Assembly: GCF_963921235.1 (NCBI RefSeq)
Contig: NC_086097.1
Location: forward strand, 78,246,001 to 78,310,000
Direction: 5' to 3'
Source: Mobula hypostoma
Lineage: Eukaryota
Length of the DNA: 64,000 bases
This document shows, one piece after another, positions 52,702 to 64,000 of the stretch (within the stretch, counting starts at the first letter, position 1; each line of letters starts with the position of its first letter). The notes beneath the pieces were generated by a model. That model searched no databases. It saw only the letters and a list, made by a program, of their open reading frames with translations, and was not told the DNA's origin. The translations under genes were made by a program, and so were the position numbers.

Positions 52702-53539
52702 TATAATCTAATTAAATCCTAACACAAGCTTATTTTGAACAGCACTCTGTCCTTTGTACATCCCTGATTTGCAAGTATTATATATATCTGACTTAAAACA
52801 TCCACATTAGCTTATTGATAATCTCTATGTTTTACAAAAGTACTTCGTGTAATGATAGGATATCAAGAATAACCATGAAATATTACTCAAAGGCTGTCTA
52901 ACTCACAGTACTGATGGCATCTGGAATTTCACAAAAATCTGTCAAAATAAGAGTTACAGGGAAAGCTCAAAGCTATTTCCGTCTATATTTATCAAAGTTC
53001 TTCACACAGTTTCAAAGCCAATTTCTACTTCAAAGTAGCTTTCATATTGTAAGGTCAAAATATTTCAACAACTTTCTCAGCTCTGTCTTCATACCCATCC
53101 TGTAGTTACATAGTTGCACATCTGCCTGGGTTGAGCCCGTTGACTTTGAAATATTCTTTCAACATATTACTTGCTCTACAGAAGAATTTATAATATTCAC
53201 TGAATGCAGATGGGAAAAGTTTGCTCTTGTTTTTAAAGAAAGGTTTGTCGCAAGTAAATAATGAAGGATTGGTGAAATGCAGGGAAAATAATCCAGATTT
53301 TGAAAGAGTTTGAATATTTGCCTGTGTGAGTTTACAAAATCCATATTCATACGCTCAGTAAACAGTCTAACTTTTTTCCACTCCACATCTCCTCTGCCAT
53401 AACTCTGCTGGTTGTTAGAAAGGCTGCCTGACCCGTGATAGTGTGCTTGCTGACCCGGATATACAGTAGAAAAATGCACAAATGTGTCCTGAGGGAATGT
53501 CACAAATTATTTATTCTACCTTTTGCGAAAACTCTGAAG

Positions 53540-53960
53540 ATGTATTATGGCTTCATATGGAACTGTTCTGCCTGAGACCCCAAGAAACGGCAAAAATATG
53601 GATGTAACTCAGTACGTCATGAAAAACAGCCTCTCCTCCATGGGCTCTGTCTACACTTCTCGCTGCCTTGTAAAGTCATCCAACATAATCAAAAACTCCT
53701 CCCACACTGGATGCTTTCTTGTCTCCCCCCTCCCATCCAGCAGAAGAGACAATCAGCTGAAAGCACATACCATCAGGCTCGAGGACAGCTTCTATCCCGC
53801 AGTTATAAGACTACTGAACAGACCTCTTGTAAAACAAGATGGACTCTTGACTTCATAATCTATGTTGCTATGGCCTGGCACTTCATTGTCTGCCTGCACT
53901 GCACTTACTCTTTAACAGTATATTCTGCGTTCTGTTATAGCTTTTGACTTGTACCTCAAG
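53540..53960 (+). mobile_element. Rex1/Babar-like LINE 3' end
   Basis: SPLPSSRR...KAHTIRLEDSFYPAVIRLLN. Confidence 0.8.
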
Positions 53961-53994
53961 CTTAAAATGCTGACAATATGCAAAATAAATTATA

Positions 53995-54398
53995 TAGTCG
54001 TAGTCATACTTTATTGATCCTGGGGGAAATTAGTTTTCATTACAGTTGCACCATAAGTAATTAAATAGTAATAAAACCATAAATAGTTAAATAGTAATAT
54101 GTAAATTATGCCAGGAAATGTCCAGGACCAGCCTATTGGCTCAGGGTGTCTGACCCTCCAAGGGAGGAGTTGTAAAGTTTGATGGCCACAGGCAGGAATG
54201 ACTTCCTATGACGCTCTGTGTTGCATCTCGGTGGAATGAGTCTCTGGCTGAATGTACTCCTGTGCCCACCCAGTACATTATGTAGTGGATGGGAGACATT
54301 GTCCAAGATGGCATGCAACTTGGACAGCGTCCTCTTTTCAGACACCACCATCAGAGAGTCCAGTTCCATCCCCACAACATCACTGGCCTTACGAATGA
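53995..54398 (-). mobile_element. Rex1/Babar-like LINE 3' end, second subfamily
   Basis: IRKASDVVG...LDNVSHPLH...TERHRKSFLPVAIKLYN; GACTAC-type tail. Confidence 0.8.
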
Positions 54399-54889
54399 TG
54401 TGGGTATTTGTATAAATCCTTGCACATACATCCATCCATCCAGCATATTGCATTTTGCCATTGGACAATATAAGATGCTGCAGCAATAATGCTGAATGGC
54501 CAGTAGCCCAGCCCAAGAAGGCACGTAATGCTGAGAATCTCTGCACACCATATGTCTTTTTTTTTATTATTGTGCAATTGATTTTTAATTTTCAGTGGCT
54601 CCAGAATTCAGGTGTATTTATATTAGTGTTAGCTCATTTATTTTAAGGGTATTATTTTACCATTTGATGCAAAGGTATGATCCAATAATTGTAGGACATC
54701 TTTTTGACAGATTAATCTCGTCAGCTAATTTGACAGAAACAAAAAATAAAGTCAGTTTCTTAAAGCTGAATTCTATCTGTTTTCCTCTTGTTTTCCCTGC
54801 TAGTCTATTGCGTGAAGATTTCTTAGTGTGTCTAATTGCAGGTCATGCAGCACAGAGGAGTAGGAGCAAGTTATTGCAGTCTCACACAA

Positions 54890-55500
54890 GTCATAGAGTA
54901 ATACAGCCATTTGGCCCGACTTGTACATGGCAACCAAGATGGCCATCTAAACTAAGTCCCTTTGCCCATGTTTGGCCCATATCCCTCTAACTTTTCCTAT
55001 CCATTCCTTCTGTAACCACTTCTTCTGATAGTTCATTTCATAATGCACAACAACTTTTGCATGAAGGAATTACCTCTCTGGTGTCTCGAAAATCTTTCTC
55101 CTGTCATATTGAACCTACGCTATCTAGTTTTGATTTCCTTTCCCTGGGGAAAAAAGATTGTGCATTCACCCTAGCTACGCTTTTCATGATATTTTACACT
55201 TATACCTTATAGGTCACACCCCCTCAGTCTCCTACTCTCAAGGAATAAAGTTCTAGTCTGCCGATCCTCTCCCTATAACTCAGGGCCGCAAGTTCTGGCA
55301 ACTTTCTCATAAAGCTTCCTTGCACTCTAACCAGTTTAATGATATCTTTCCTATTGTACACAGTAGTCCAAATGTGGTTTCACAAACGTCTTGTACTACA
55401 TGATGCCCCAATCCCTCTGCTCTTTGCTTCAACTAATGAAGGCCAGTTTGCCAAACACCTTCTTCACCAACTTGTGTACCCGTGGCTCCACTTTCAGGGA
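54890..55500 (-). mobile_element. CR1-like fragment
   Basis: Reverse-complement CR1 ORF2 3' motifs and tail. Confidence 0.7.
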
Positions 55501-56929
55501 ACTATGTATACTTACATAGTCATAGAGTAATAGAGCCCTGCGGCCTACTCATACACTCCTATTTCCCACTGTTCTACAACACTTCCTAGGGCTCTGCCAT
55601 CCTCATAGATAAAAACATTTACATGTGAAAACCTTATTTCTCAATGCAGGCATTCATGAGACCCAAGAACCACCTTCAGGACTTGGGAAGTTGTGACAAT
55701 GACACAGGAACTCTTGATATGACAGCCATAATCTTAGCACATGGTAAATTATCTGCTTCATTTGTGGCCCCCAGCGCAGCCTGTAACATGCAGGAAGCAC
55801 TGATTGCCAGCTGGCTGTCATATTCCACTGTCTGGGACATTAGTGACAAGTATTCTCATATTCCTAATGAAATGCATTCATAACAGAAAGGCAAATGTCA
55901 CCATAAATATGCTGTTGATTTGTCACTGATGCAACTGAATTTTGTGAATGATACCAATTGTTAAGCAGATGTTATTAATCCTTTATCTCAAATTGCTATA
56001 ATATGAAGAACTACATTGAGTGCTGTGTGATAATATGGATTGCAAATTATAGCAGATGATCTTAAAGTCAAATGCACTGCATGGTTATTTGGATCAGAGT
56101 TGAAAGGAAGAGAATATGCCTTGGTCAATTATACCAGTAAGAAACTGTCAAATACAAATAAAAACAAGTGGTTAAAATCAGATACATTAGCAATACAACA
56201 ATACTGGTATGAAATTTAAGTTACTTGGAACTAAATAAATCAGAATCCTGGAAAGGGTCATGTTTCACTGTTGCTTGTAGTAAAGATTACTTTGACCAAA
56301 GAAGAACATTTGTGAAGAGGGAATCGGTAAGCAACAAACAGAGGTAAAAGAGGCCCTGTCAATGAGTCAAACAACCTGTCTATAAAGCTAACCAGTCATG
56401 CTGTAAATAATCAGGAAGGGAGCAAAATAGGAAAGACTACATGATTGATTCCAGACCTTAAGAAAGTGAATTTTGGAGAAAAGGATGCCTTCAACTTTCC
56501 TATTTTCCATTGTTACATTATGTTTCTTTGTGCTGCTAATAGCAAGTTTTTTTCTATTAATATACCCCAACCCATTGGACATGTCCCACAACTTTGCTAT
56601 TAGCAATTAGTAACATATACAATCAAGCATAATCTGCTTCTTTTGTCGCATTAACTTCTTTGGTTTGACCCTATCCCCTTTGTTCTACCCATCATTTCTT
56701 CACCTTCTCTGAAAACAAGCTTGTTTCACTCCTTCTCAATTCTGTCAAGAGTTCACAGGTGTGTAATATTGTTGTAGATGCTGACTGACCTGATGGGTCA
56801 CCATTTTCTTTTTAAATTTAAATTAAAGAGCTCCAGAAATCAGCTGCAGACATAGAGCAAGCCAATTCTTCTTGAATAGGATTAAGCAGTGCTCAACTAT
56901 TCTAATTGTGAAGCTGATTTTAGAAACTG

Positions 56930-57375
56930 TAAAAAAGGTCAAAAATAGTTGATGACACAAAGATAGGTAGGAAAGAAAGTTGTGAAGAGGAGATATAGAT
57001 CCATGAAAAAGACAGCTAGATTAAGTGATTGGGCAAAATCAGGCATATAAAGTGGAAAATGTGAGGTTTTTTTATGAAAACTATCAACAAAGTTTATGTA
57101 AATAGTGAGAGATTGAAAACTCTGTGATGTAAAGGCATCTGGGTGCCCTGTTTCATGATTTACAGAAATTAAAACAGTCATACTGCAAGTAATTAGGAAA
57201 ACTAACAGAATGTTCAGTTTCAACATAAGGGGAACCAAATACAAAAGTATGAGTCCTGACGAAGGGTCTCGGCCCAAAACGTCGAATTTACCTCTTCTTA
57301 GAGATGCTGCCTGGCCTGCTGCGTTCACCAGCAACTTTGCTGTGTGTTACAAAAGTATGAAGGCTATGTTTCACT
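56930..57375 (+). mobile_element. Old CR1-like fragment hosting the 95-nt hammerhead insertion
   Basis: RGTKYKS-(insert)-MKAMFHY resembles the CR1 ORF2 motif RGIEYKS.EVML.LY. Confidence 0.6.
57253..57347 (+). mobile_element. 95-nt hammerhead-bearing insertion with 13-bp TSD
   Basis: TACAAAAGTATGA at 57240-57252 and 57348-57360; core CTGACGA-A-GGG-TCTCGG-CCC-AAAA-C-GTC. Confidence 0.85.
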
Positions 57376-58375
57376 ATAAATTGGCTGATGACACAGCTAT
57401 TGTTGGCAGAACTTCAGATAGTCACGAGGGGGTGTAGAGGAGTGAAATAGATCAGCTGTTTGAGTGGGGTCACAACAACAACCTTGCACGCAACATCAGT
57501 AAGCCCAAGGAATAGATCGTGAACTTCAGAAAGGAGAAGTCGAGGGAAACACACCAGTCTTCATTGACAGTGAGCGGTTTCAATTTCCCGGGTGTCAACA
57601 TCTCTGAGGATCTATTCTGGGTCCAACATAGTGATGCAATTACAAAGAAAGCATGACAGTGGTTATATTTCATTAGAAATTTGAGGAGACTTGGTATGTC
57701 ACCAAAGATTCTCACAAATTTCTACAGATATACCATGAAGAGTATTCTAACTGGTTGCAATGCCATCTGGTATGGAGGAGCCACTACACAGGATTGGAAA
57801 AAGCTGCGAAAAGTTGCAAACTCAGCCAGCTTCATCATGGGCACTGGCCTCACCAGCATCAAGGACACCTTCAAAAAACAATGTTTCAAAAAGGTGGCAT
57901 CCACCGTTAAGGCTGCCATCACACAGGACATGACCTCTTCTCATTGCTACCACCAAGGAGGTACAGGAGCCTAGAGACACACACTCAACGTTCTAGAAAC
58001 AGCATCTTCCCCAATGCCAACAGATTTCTGAATGGACAATGAACCCATGTACACTATTTTTTTCTTTTATTTGCTCACCTTTTGCGCTACTTATTCAATT
58101 TATTTTTATATATACTGCCTATCTCTTATTGTCATTTGTAGATTTTTAATTATTATGTATTGCCATGTACTGCTGCTACAAAACAACACATTTCACATCA
58201 CGTGAAAGTCTGCAGATGCTGGAAATCCAAAGCAACACGCTCAAAATGCTGGAGGAACTCAGCAGGTCAGGCGGCATCTATAGGAATTAATAAATAGTCA
58301 ACATTTTGGGCTGAAACCCTTAAGGACAGAATTTCATGACATATGCCAGGGATTTTAAACCTGATTCTGATCCTG
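57375..58375 (+). mobile_element. Rex1/Babar-like LINE 3' kb
   Basis: KLADDTAIVG (RT motif), LTNFYRYTMKSILTGC; tail cctgattctga. Confidence 0.85.
58196..58330 (-). mobile_element. Penelope-like terminal repeat copy inserted in the Rex1 tail
   Basis: ctgcagatgctggaaatcc...aaaatgctggaggaactcagcaggtcagg...ttttgggctgaaaccctt; ATTTCA duplicated at 58190-58195 and 58331-58336. Confidence 0.75.
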
Positions 58376-58379
58376 AAAT

Positions 58380-58920
58380 TCATTAGTGTCTTATGTATGA
58401 ACAATACAGAATATCATGCTTCATATTAATTTCTATATTTAAGGTGCATATTAATGCTTTGGAAGTAGTTCAGAGAAGTTTTATTGGACAGATAGTGGGA
58501 TGGAAAAAAGTGTAACATTGAGGAAAGGTTGGATAGGCTTGGCTTCTATATGCTGCAGTTTAGAAACATACAAGATAACTTCATTGAAACCCTAGGGGTT
58601 ATACGTGAAGACTTTTCCTTGCGTGGAGAATGTGAAGAGTCAGTTTTTTTTTTCAAAATAAGGGTTGTGTAGCTAATACAGGGATAAAGTGATGTTTTTA
58701 TTTTTCAGAAGGCCATGCAACTTTGTAATGTTCTTCTTCAAAGAGCAGTGGGAAGAGAGTCTTTGAATATTTTTCATGGCATGGGTAGAAAGACTCTAGA
58801 TAATCAAGGGGGTAACATATTACACTGAGTATAAGGTAATGCTGAGCTGAGCTTATAAATTTATCATGATCTTATAATGGAAGAGTAGCCTTGAAGGAGT
58901 GAATGGCCCAGTCCTCCTAG
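58380..58920 (+). mobile_element. Old CR1-like fragment
   Basis: Degenerate CR1 3' motifs; similar to 40440-40930. Confidence 0.5.
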
Positions 58921-60466
58921 CCATTCCTTTGTTTAAGAGCAAGCTTTAAGAATTTTGTGCATTACACTGGAGGGTGTGGTGAAGAGCGAAGAAAATGGAA
59001 TGGATGACCTAGAAGTCCATCAGAAAACATGATCTATAGGAAATAGAAACAGAGAAAGCTGGAGGTCATGGAAACTAACATGGGTGGAATGCCACAAGAA
59101 ATTCAATCTTTCAGGACTAATCAGTACAGTAAATTTATCTTCAGACACCACTTGACATAACAAGCCACAGATATTCTTCAACTTACTGTGCATTTCAAAA
59201 GTTGTCTTCTGAGGAATGAGGAGAAAAGCTTTTGACAATCAGGTCAGTTGGGGCATAAAGTGACAAACAGAAACCAAAGCTGATTATTGTTGCACCTCTC
59301 TAAATATATTTAGGGAAGTGAAACTAGGCTTGTGAACAGGAAATAAAAGGGAGGATATTGAATGTTGTGGATGAATATAAAGAATGTGTGATCATTGATC
59401 CTTAGAGGTAGCAAAATAGAAAGCTGAAAAGGCATTCTGGATGATTAATTTATTAGCAAAGTTATGGAATATTAGAACAGGTATGTTAGTTATACAACAG
59501 TACACATACAGCCAGTACAGTTAAAGGGTAGGGTGAGTGTCTGCGCTTAGAGTGTACACAAGTTCCACTGCAGAGTACTTTATATAAGAACATCAATGAT
59601 GCAGGCAGTGGCAATAGATTGACAAGCAAGTACAATGAAACTGGGCATTGGGAAGTCTGACAAAAACTTGTGTTCAATATCAAGGAGCATGGAAGAATCT
59701 AGCACAAATGTGGCATATAGCATTGTCGAGCCTAAAGCACATCCATTCCAGGGTGGAAACTGGCAGCAAAGCCCATTACCACATAATGTCACAAAAACTC
59801 TTGCTGCCCAGCAGCAGATAACTAAGGTCTGAGAATTGCCATGGAAAGTCAAATGCTATCATGCATTTTCAGAATACTGTGGTTATAGCACTGGATTCCA
59901 AAGTTCAAAGGAACTTGAGGATACGATGCCACTCCAAAAATTACTTTTCTACTCAGGCCGTCCCTTAAAATCAAAAATGACTTGCTCTGTAGGTTCTGAG
60001 TTGTCCAATGAAGGTAATATGGCACCAATAGACATTACCACAGGTGAGACAGGATGTGCTTAATGGGGCAGGTAAGAAGAAGTGTACTCCTTCTGTGATT
60101 AATGCCAAGCTTCCGTCTGCTCCTGGGAATCTTGCTATGCCAGGTTCCATGCACAATTGAGACAATGTTTTATTTTCTGCTACCTGCATCCAGATTTCTT
60201 TTTTAGGATTACCTTTGTTCAGGAATACATTTCCATTCCAAAAACATCCAACAATTCCTTCAAGTCACTCCCCAAAATTGTATGTTTCCCTCATTGTGAC
60301 TAACTACTGCCACTTGGGGCTTGGAGACAGTTTGCTTTCAAGGGCTTTTAACATTTGTTGGCCTCCTGTACTTAATGCACTCTGCAGCAGGGGTGCTGTC
60401 TTTAATTATTTATTGAAGGAGAGCCAAAGACTGTCAGAACATAGCCATTACTACTGGCCTCTAGAG

Positions 60467-60635
60467 AAAGAAATTACTGGAAATACTCAACAAGTCAGAT
60501 AACTTGTAGAGAGAGTGAAACAAAGTTAAAGTTTCAATGGACTCCAAGCATTAACACTATCTCTGACTCTATAAATGCTGCCTGACCTGCTGAGCATTTC
60601 TAGCATCTTCTATTTTATTTTAGAATTCCAGCAGA
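60467..60635. mobile_element. Old palindromic copy of the Penelope-like repeat family
   Basis: ctggaaatactcaacaagtcag ... ctgacctgctgagcatttctag inverted arms. Confidence 0.55.
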
Positions 60636-60855
60636 TTTCAAATTTTCTGTGGCTTATCAAGAATCAAACAAATATATGACCATGTTATTATATATCATTG
60701 TTTCAAAAAGTGATTAATAAGAAACATTGAGGATGAACAGGAGGTGGTTAAGTTATTCCCACGTTCTGCCTCTTTTCCGCAAAAATAAAGACATCACTCT
60801 GTGATCATTCCTGCATCAACCTGACAACAAATTTATGCCTTATGATATACAGTAC

Positions 60856-61356
60856 CCCTAAATTAATTCAATGGTTTTCTCAAGTGTTATGTCTTAGCTT
60901 GGAAAAAATTAGAAATAGAACTTTTGATCCTCGATTCGATTTTGAGAGAAGATAGGGCTCTTTTGCCAAATATTATCATTTAATTTGAATTAATTTATAT
61001 GGTTTCCTTCCAACCTTATTTATATAAATGTAAGTTGGCAGTTGGTGATTTTTCTTCTTTATATATATAGATGATTGTAAGTCGTATTGCTCCAGGAGTT
61101 GGTTCCTAATGTTTTTTTTTCTTTTTTCTTTTTCTTTCTCTTGTAGTTAGTGGGTTTTTTTTTCTTTTAATTAGTTGGGGTTCTCTTTTTTCCTTCTTTT
61201 CTTTATAAAATTTTTTTTTCATTATATATTATTTTTTTGATAAGTTTTCTTCTTCAGCTGTATTAACTGTATATACATACATTAATTTGTTGAAGTCTTG
61301 TATCATTTTATAGCTGTAGAAGATTATGTATCAATAAAATGATTTTAAAAATGAAG
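60856..61356 (+). mobile_element. 5'-truncated L1-clade LINE 3' end with perfect 13-bp TSD
   Basis: TGATATACAGTAC at 60843-60855 and 61357-61369; PKLIQWFSQVLCLSLEKIR...*GSF resembles the fish L1 ORF2 C-terminus; T-rich UTR and AATAAA. Confidence 0.8.
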
Positions 61357-61373
61357 TGATATACAGTACGTCC

Positions 61374-61866
61374 TGTACCTAATAAAGTGGCAACTGAGTG
61401 TATGTTCATGGTTTTCTGCTTCTGTGACCCATCCACTTCAAGGTTCGACGTGTTATACATTCAGATGTGCTCTTCTGCACATCACTGTTGTAATGTGTCA
61501 TTATTTGCATTACTGTCACAGTCCTGTCAGCTGAACCCATCTGGCCATTCTTCTCTGACCTCTTTCTTCAGTGAACTGGTCTCACCCACAGAACTGCCAC
61601 TGACTGGATGTTTTTTGTTTTGTTTATTGCACCATTCTCTGAGACTGCTGTGCGTGAAAATCCCAGGGGATCAGAGTTTCTGAGATACTCAAACCGCCCC
61701 ATCTGCCACCAACAATCATTCCACATTCAAAGTCACTTAGATCACGTTTTGATGTTTGGTCTGAGCAATTGAACCTCCTGACTTTGTCTTCATGCTTTTA
61801 TGTATTGGGTTGGTGCCACATGATTGGCTTTTTAGATATTAGGTTTCTCTAATGTCTGAGTGTATA
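61374..61866 (-). mobile_element. Second Tc1-like non-autonomous copy
   Basis: Reverse complement of 52271-52701 internal sequence; TIR copy cctaataaagtggcaactgagtgta at 61378-61402. Confidence 0.75.
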
Positions 61867-62299
61867 TGTTTGCAAACATGATAATATGGTGGAAGGGAAG
61901 GGACAGATTCATTTACATCTTACCATTAATTTGAATGTCTTTTTTAAAGTATATATTCTAAATAATAAGATGACAACAATCACTCAGTTTCCCACTTCAG
62001 ATCAAATGATTACACCAATTAACAAGTATTTTTTGCATTAAAATAGGGAAATAGTTCTCAAAATGATTTGTTAAACTTTGGATAAACATTTGGGTGTCAT
62101 TTCAAGTAGGGATGGCATGTGCAGTTGAAACTCAAATATTGTTCTTGTGCTGTGCTCTTGACCTTATTGAAGGCTAGGTAATAGGTACCAATATATCACT
62201 CTGGATGCAAAGTAAACCCGATCAAGAAGGTTCTGTTTCTTTTCATTTCTAGCTACACATTAGTTACATATGAACATGTGAAATGTTACTTCAGAATTT

Positions 62300-62750
62300 A
62301 GTCATAGATAAGTACAGCACAGAAACAGGCTCTTTGGCCTATCTAGTCCATGCCGAACCTTTAAACTGCCTACTCCTGTAGATCTGCACCAGGACCAGAC
62401 TCTCCATACCTGCCACCCATGTACCTATTCAAACTTCTCTTAAACATTGAAATCATGCTCCCATGCACTACTTGTGCTGACAGCTCATTCCACATTCTCA
62501 TGACCTTCTGAGTGAGGAAGTTTCCCCCTAATGTTCCCTTTAAACTTTTCACCTTTCACCCTTAACCCATGACTTCTGTTTGCAACCTCACACAACCTCA
62601 GTGGAAAAAACCTACTTGCATTTACCCTATCTATATCTCTCATAATTTTGGATACCTCTATCAAATCTCCTCTCAATCTTCTACGTTCCAAGGAATAGTC
62701 CTAACCTATTCAATATTTCCATATAATTCAGAGCCTCCAGACCCGGCAAT
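62300..62750 (-). mobile_element. CR1-like 3' fragment
   Basis: ERRRLRGDLIEVSKIM...HGLRVKGEKFKG. Confidence 0.85.
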
Positions 62751-63039
62751 GGATTCTCAGAAACATCTTGTTTCACTTTACTATTCTAATTCTCTTAAAG
62801 TCTCTCTATCCAAACGTCAGTTCCCATTTCCAATTCCTCATCATGAATTGGCACTGAATTCAACCACATTAAAAGCCCTTTAGTTTTTTTTCCCAATTAA
62901 TTTTGCAGTTAAACTTTATTCTGCAAGGTTGTTCTTCATGAACAAAAAGTCGCAGAGCAGATGTCTGGTTTCTTTTGCTGTAACACTGCAAAACGTCCAT
63001 GCTACTGCTCTCAATCATTCAGTACTTGAACCATCCAGG

Positions 63040-63245
63040 ACAACCCTTATCAGGAGAATTCAGTAACTCCAAGACCACTTCAACCATTTTGCACTGAAAT
63101 TGCCTTTCTTATTCTAATTGTGTTTTCTTGTGAATGTACCTTATTATGATGCTATGTGCCTGTGATGCTGCTTAAGTAAATTTTCTGTTGCACCTGTGCA
63201 TAACATGTACTTGTATACATGACAATAAACTCAACTTCAACTTGT
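63040..63245 (+). mobile_element. Rex1-like 3' tail
   Basis: cctgtgatgctgc...acatgacaataaactc tail. Confidence 0.5.
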
Positions 63246-63799
63246 AAAAAACACTTAAAATCTATACGTTCAAAAGCAAGTCAAATAATGGTAAATGCCA
63301 TTAGATGCCCTGCTGCAGCAAATTATGATCAATAAGTACTACTTTCTAAAAGTTATCTAAAATCCAAGAGTTTACAGAGAAAGCAAACCCTGCCCAAAAT
63401 GTTTTACCAAAGCAGTGTCCAAAACATTTTAGCTGAACTAAATATTTCATTGACCAGAAGCTGCCTCGGAAAAAGCAACAAACTTCAACATTCAGTGTTC
63501 TTACCAGCCAAACTTCCACCTTCAAAGTAATTGTTTCCTGGATCACAGACTGTAAATTAGGTGTCCAGGACAGAAAAATTACAAAAAGAGAAAGACTTGA
63601 ACCATATAAAGGCTAGTAACAGTTAAATACGATGAAAAAGTAATTATGGTTTTGTTGACATTTTGCTGGATGAATGTTCAAAATAAATTTAGTTCTACAA
63701 CATAGCACTATAATATTTACACAGAGGTTCCAGGAAAGGTTAGGAATTTATCAAAAACTGTTGTGAAAAAGGCTACAGAGTGAGAGTAAGGTTATAATA

Positions 63800-64000
63800 T
63801 ATATGAGCAGAATTGGGCACTTGGCCCAACAAGTCTGCTCCACCATTCCTTCATGGCTGATTTACCATCCCTTTCAACCCCACTTCCCTGCCATCTCCCT
63901 GTAACCTCTGACACCCTGATTAATCAAGAACCTATCAACCTCCGCTTTCAATAAACTCAATGACTTGCCCTCACGACCAACCATATCAATAAATTCCACC
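63800..64000 (-). mobile_element. CR1-like 3' end, cut by window edge
   Basis: gagcagaattgggcacttggccc...tctgctccaccatt is a reverse-complement CR1 tail. Confidence 0.7.

Noticed and set aside
53371..53460. Possible minus-strand exon (QQAHYHGSGSLSNNQQSYGRGDVEWKK)
   Set aside because: Weak donor (gttaga), mediocre acceptor and no recognisable homology.
63505..63549. 45-nt minus-strand segment bounded by AG and GTAAG
   Set aside because: Too short and unrecognisable to distinguish from chance.

Overview
Vertebrate genomic DNA. The repeat landscape (CR1/HER1-like and Rex1/Babar LINE debris, a tRNA-headed SINE, Tc1/pogo/hAT MITEs) points to a cartilaginous fish, probably a ray or skate (inference). 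The + strand carries a complete thrombospondin-1 gene (THBS1). It has a promoter at ~5890-5955, a probable non-coding exon 1, and 21 GT-AG coding exons from ATG 6333 to TAA 19268. These join into one 3507-nt ORF (1168 aa), followed by a ~2 kb motif-rich 3'UTR. The - strand carries a large coding exon (35313-34755) resembling the C-terminal part of FSIP1, the known tail-to-tail neighbour of THBS1, so most of 22-64 kb is probably FSIP1 intron filled with transposon remnants. The most notable observation is a ~100-200 nt repeat family with about 10 copies. Its consensus contains a minimal type-I hammerhead ribozyme (AGUC-CUGANGA-A-GGG..CCC-GAAA-C-GUC-GACU) of the kind known from Penelope-like elements. 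It occurs as a 95-nt monomer with a 13-bp TSD, as a tandem dimer with a 13-bp TSD inside the integrase of an internally deleted Gypsy LTR element, and as palindromic inverted pairs. Repeat boundaries are by eye and approximate; no database searches were run.
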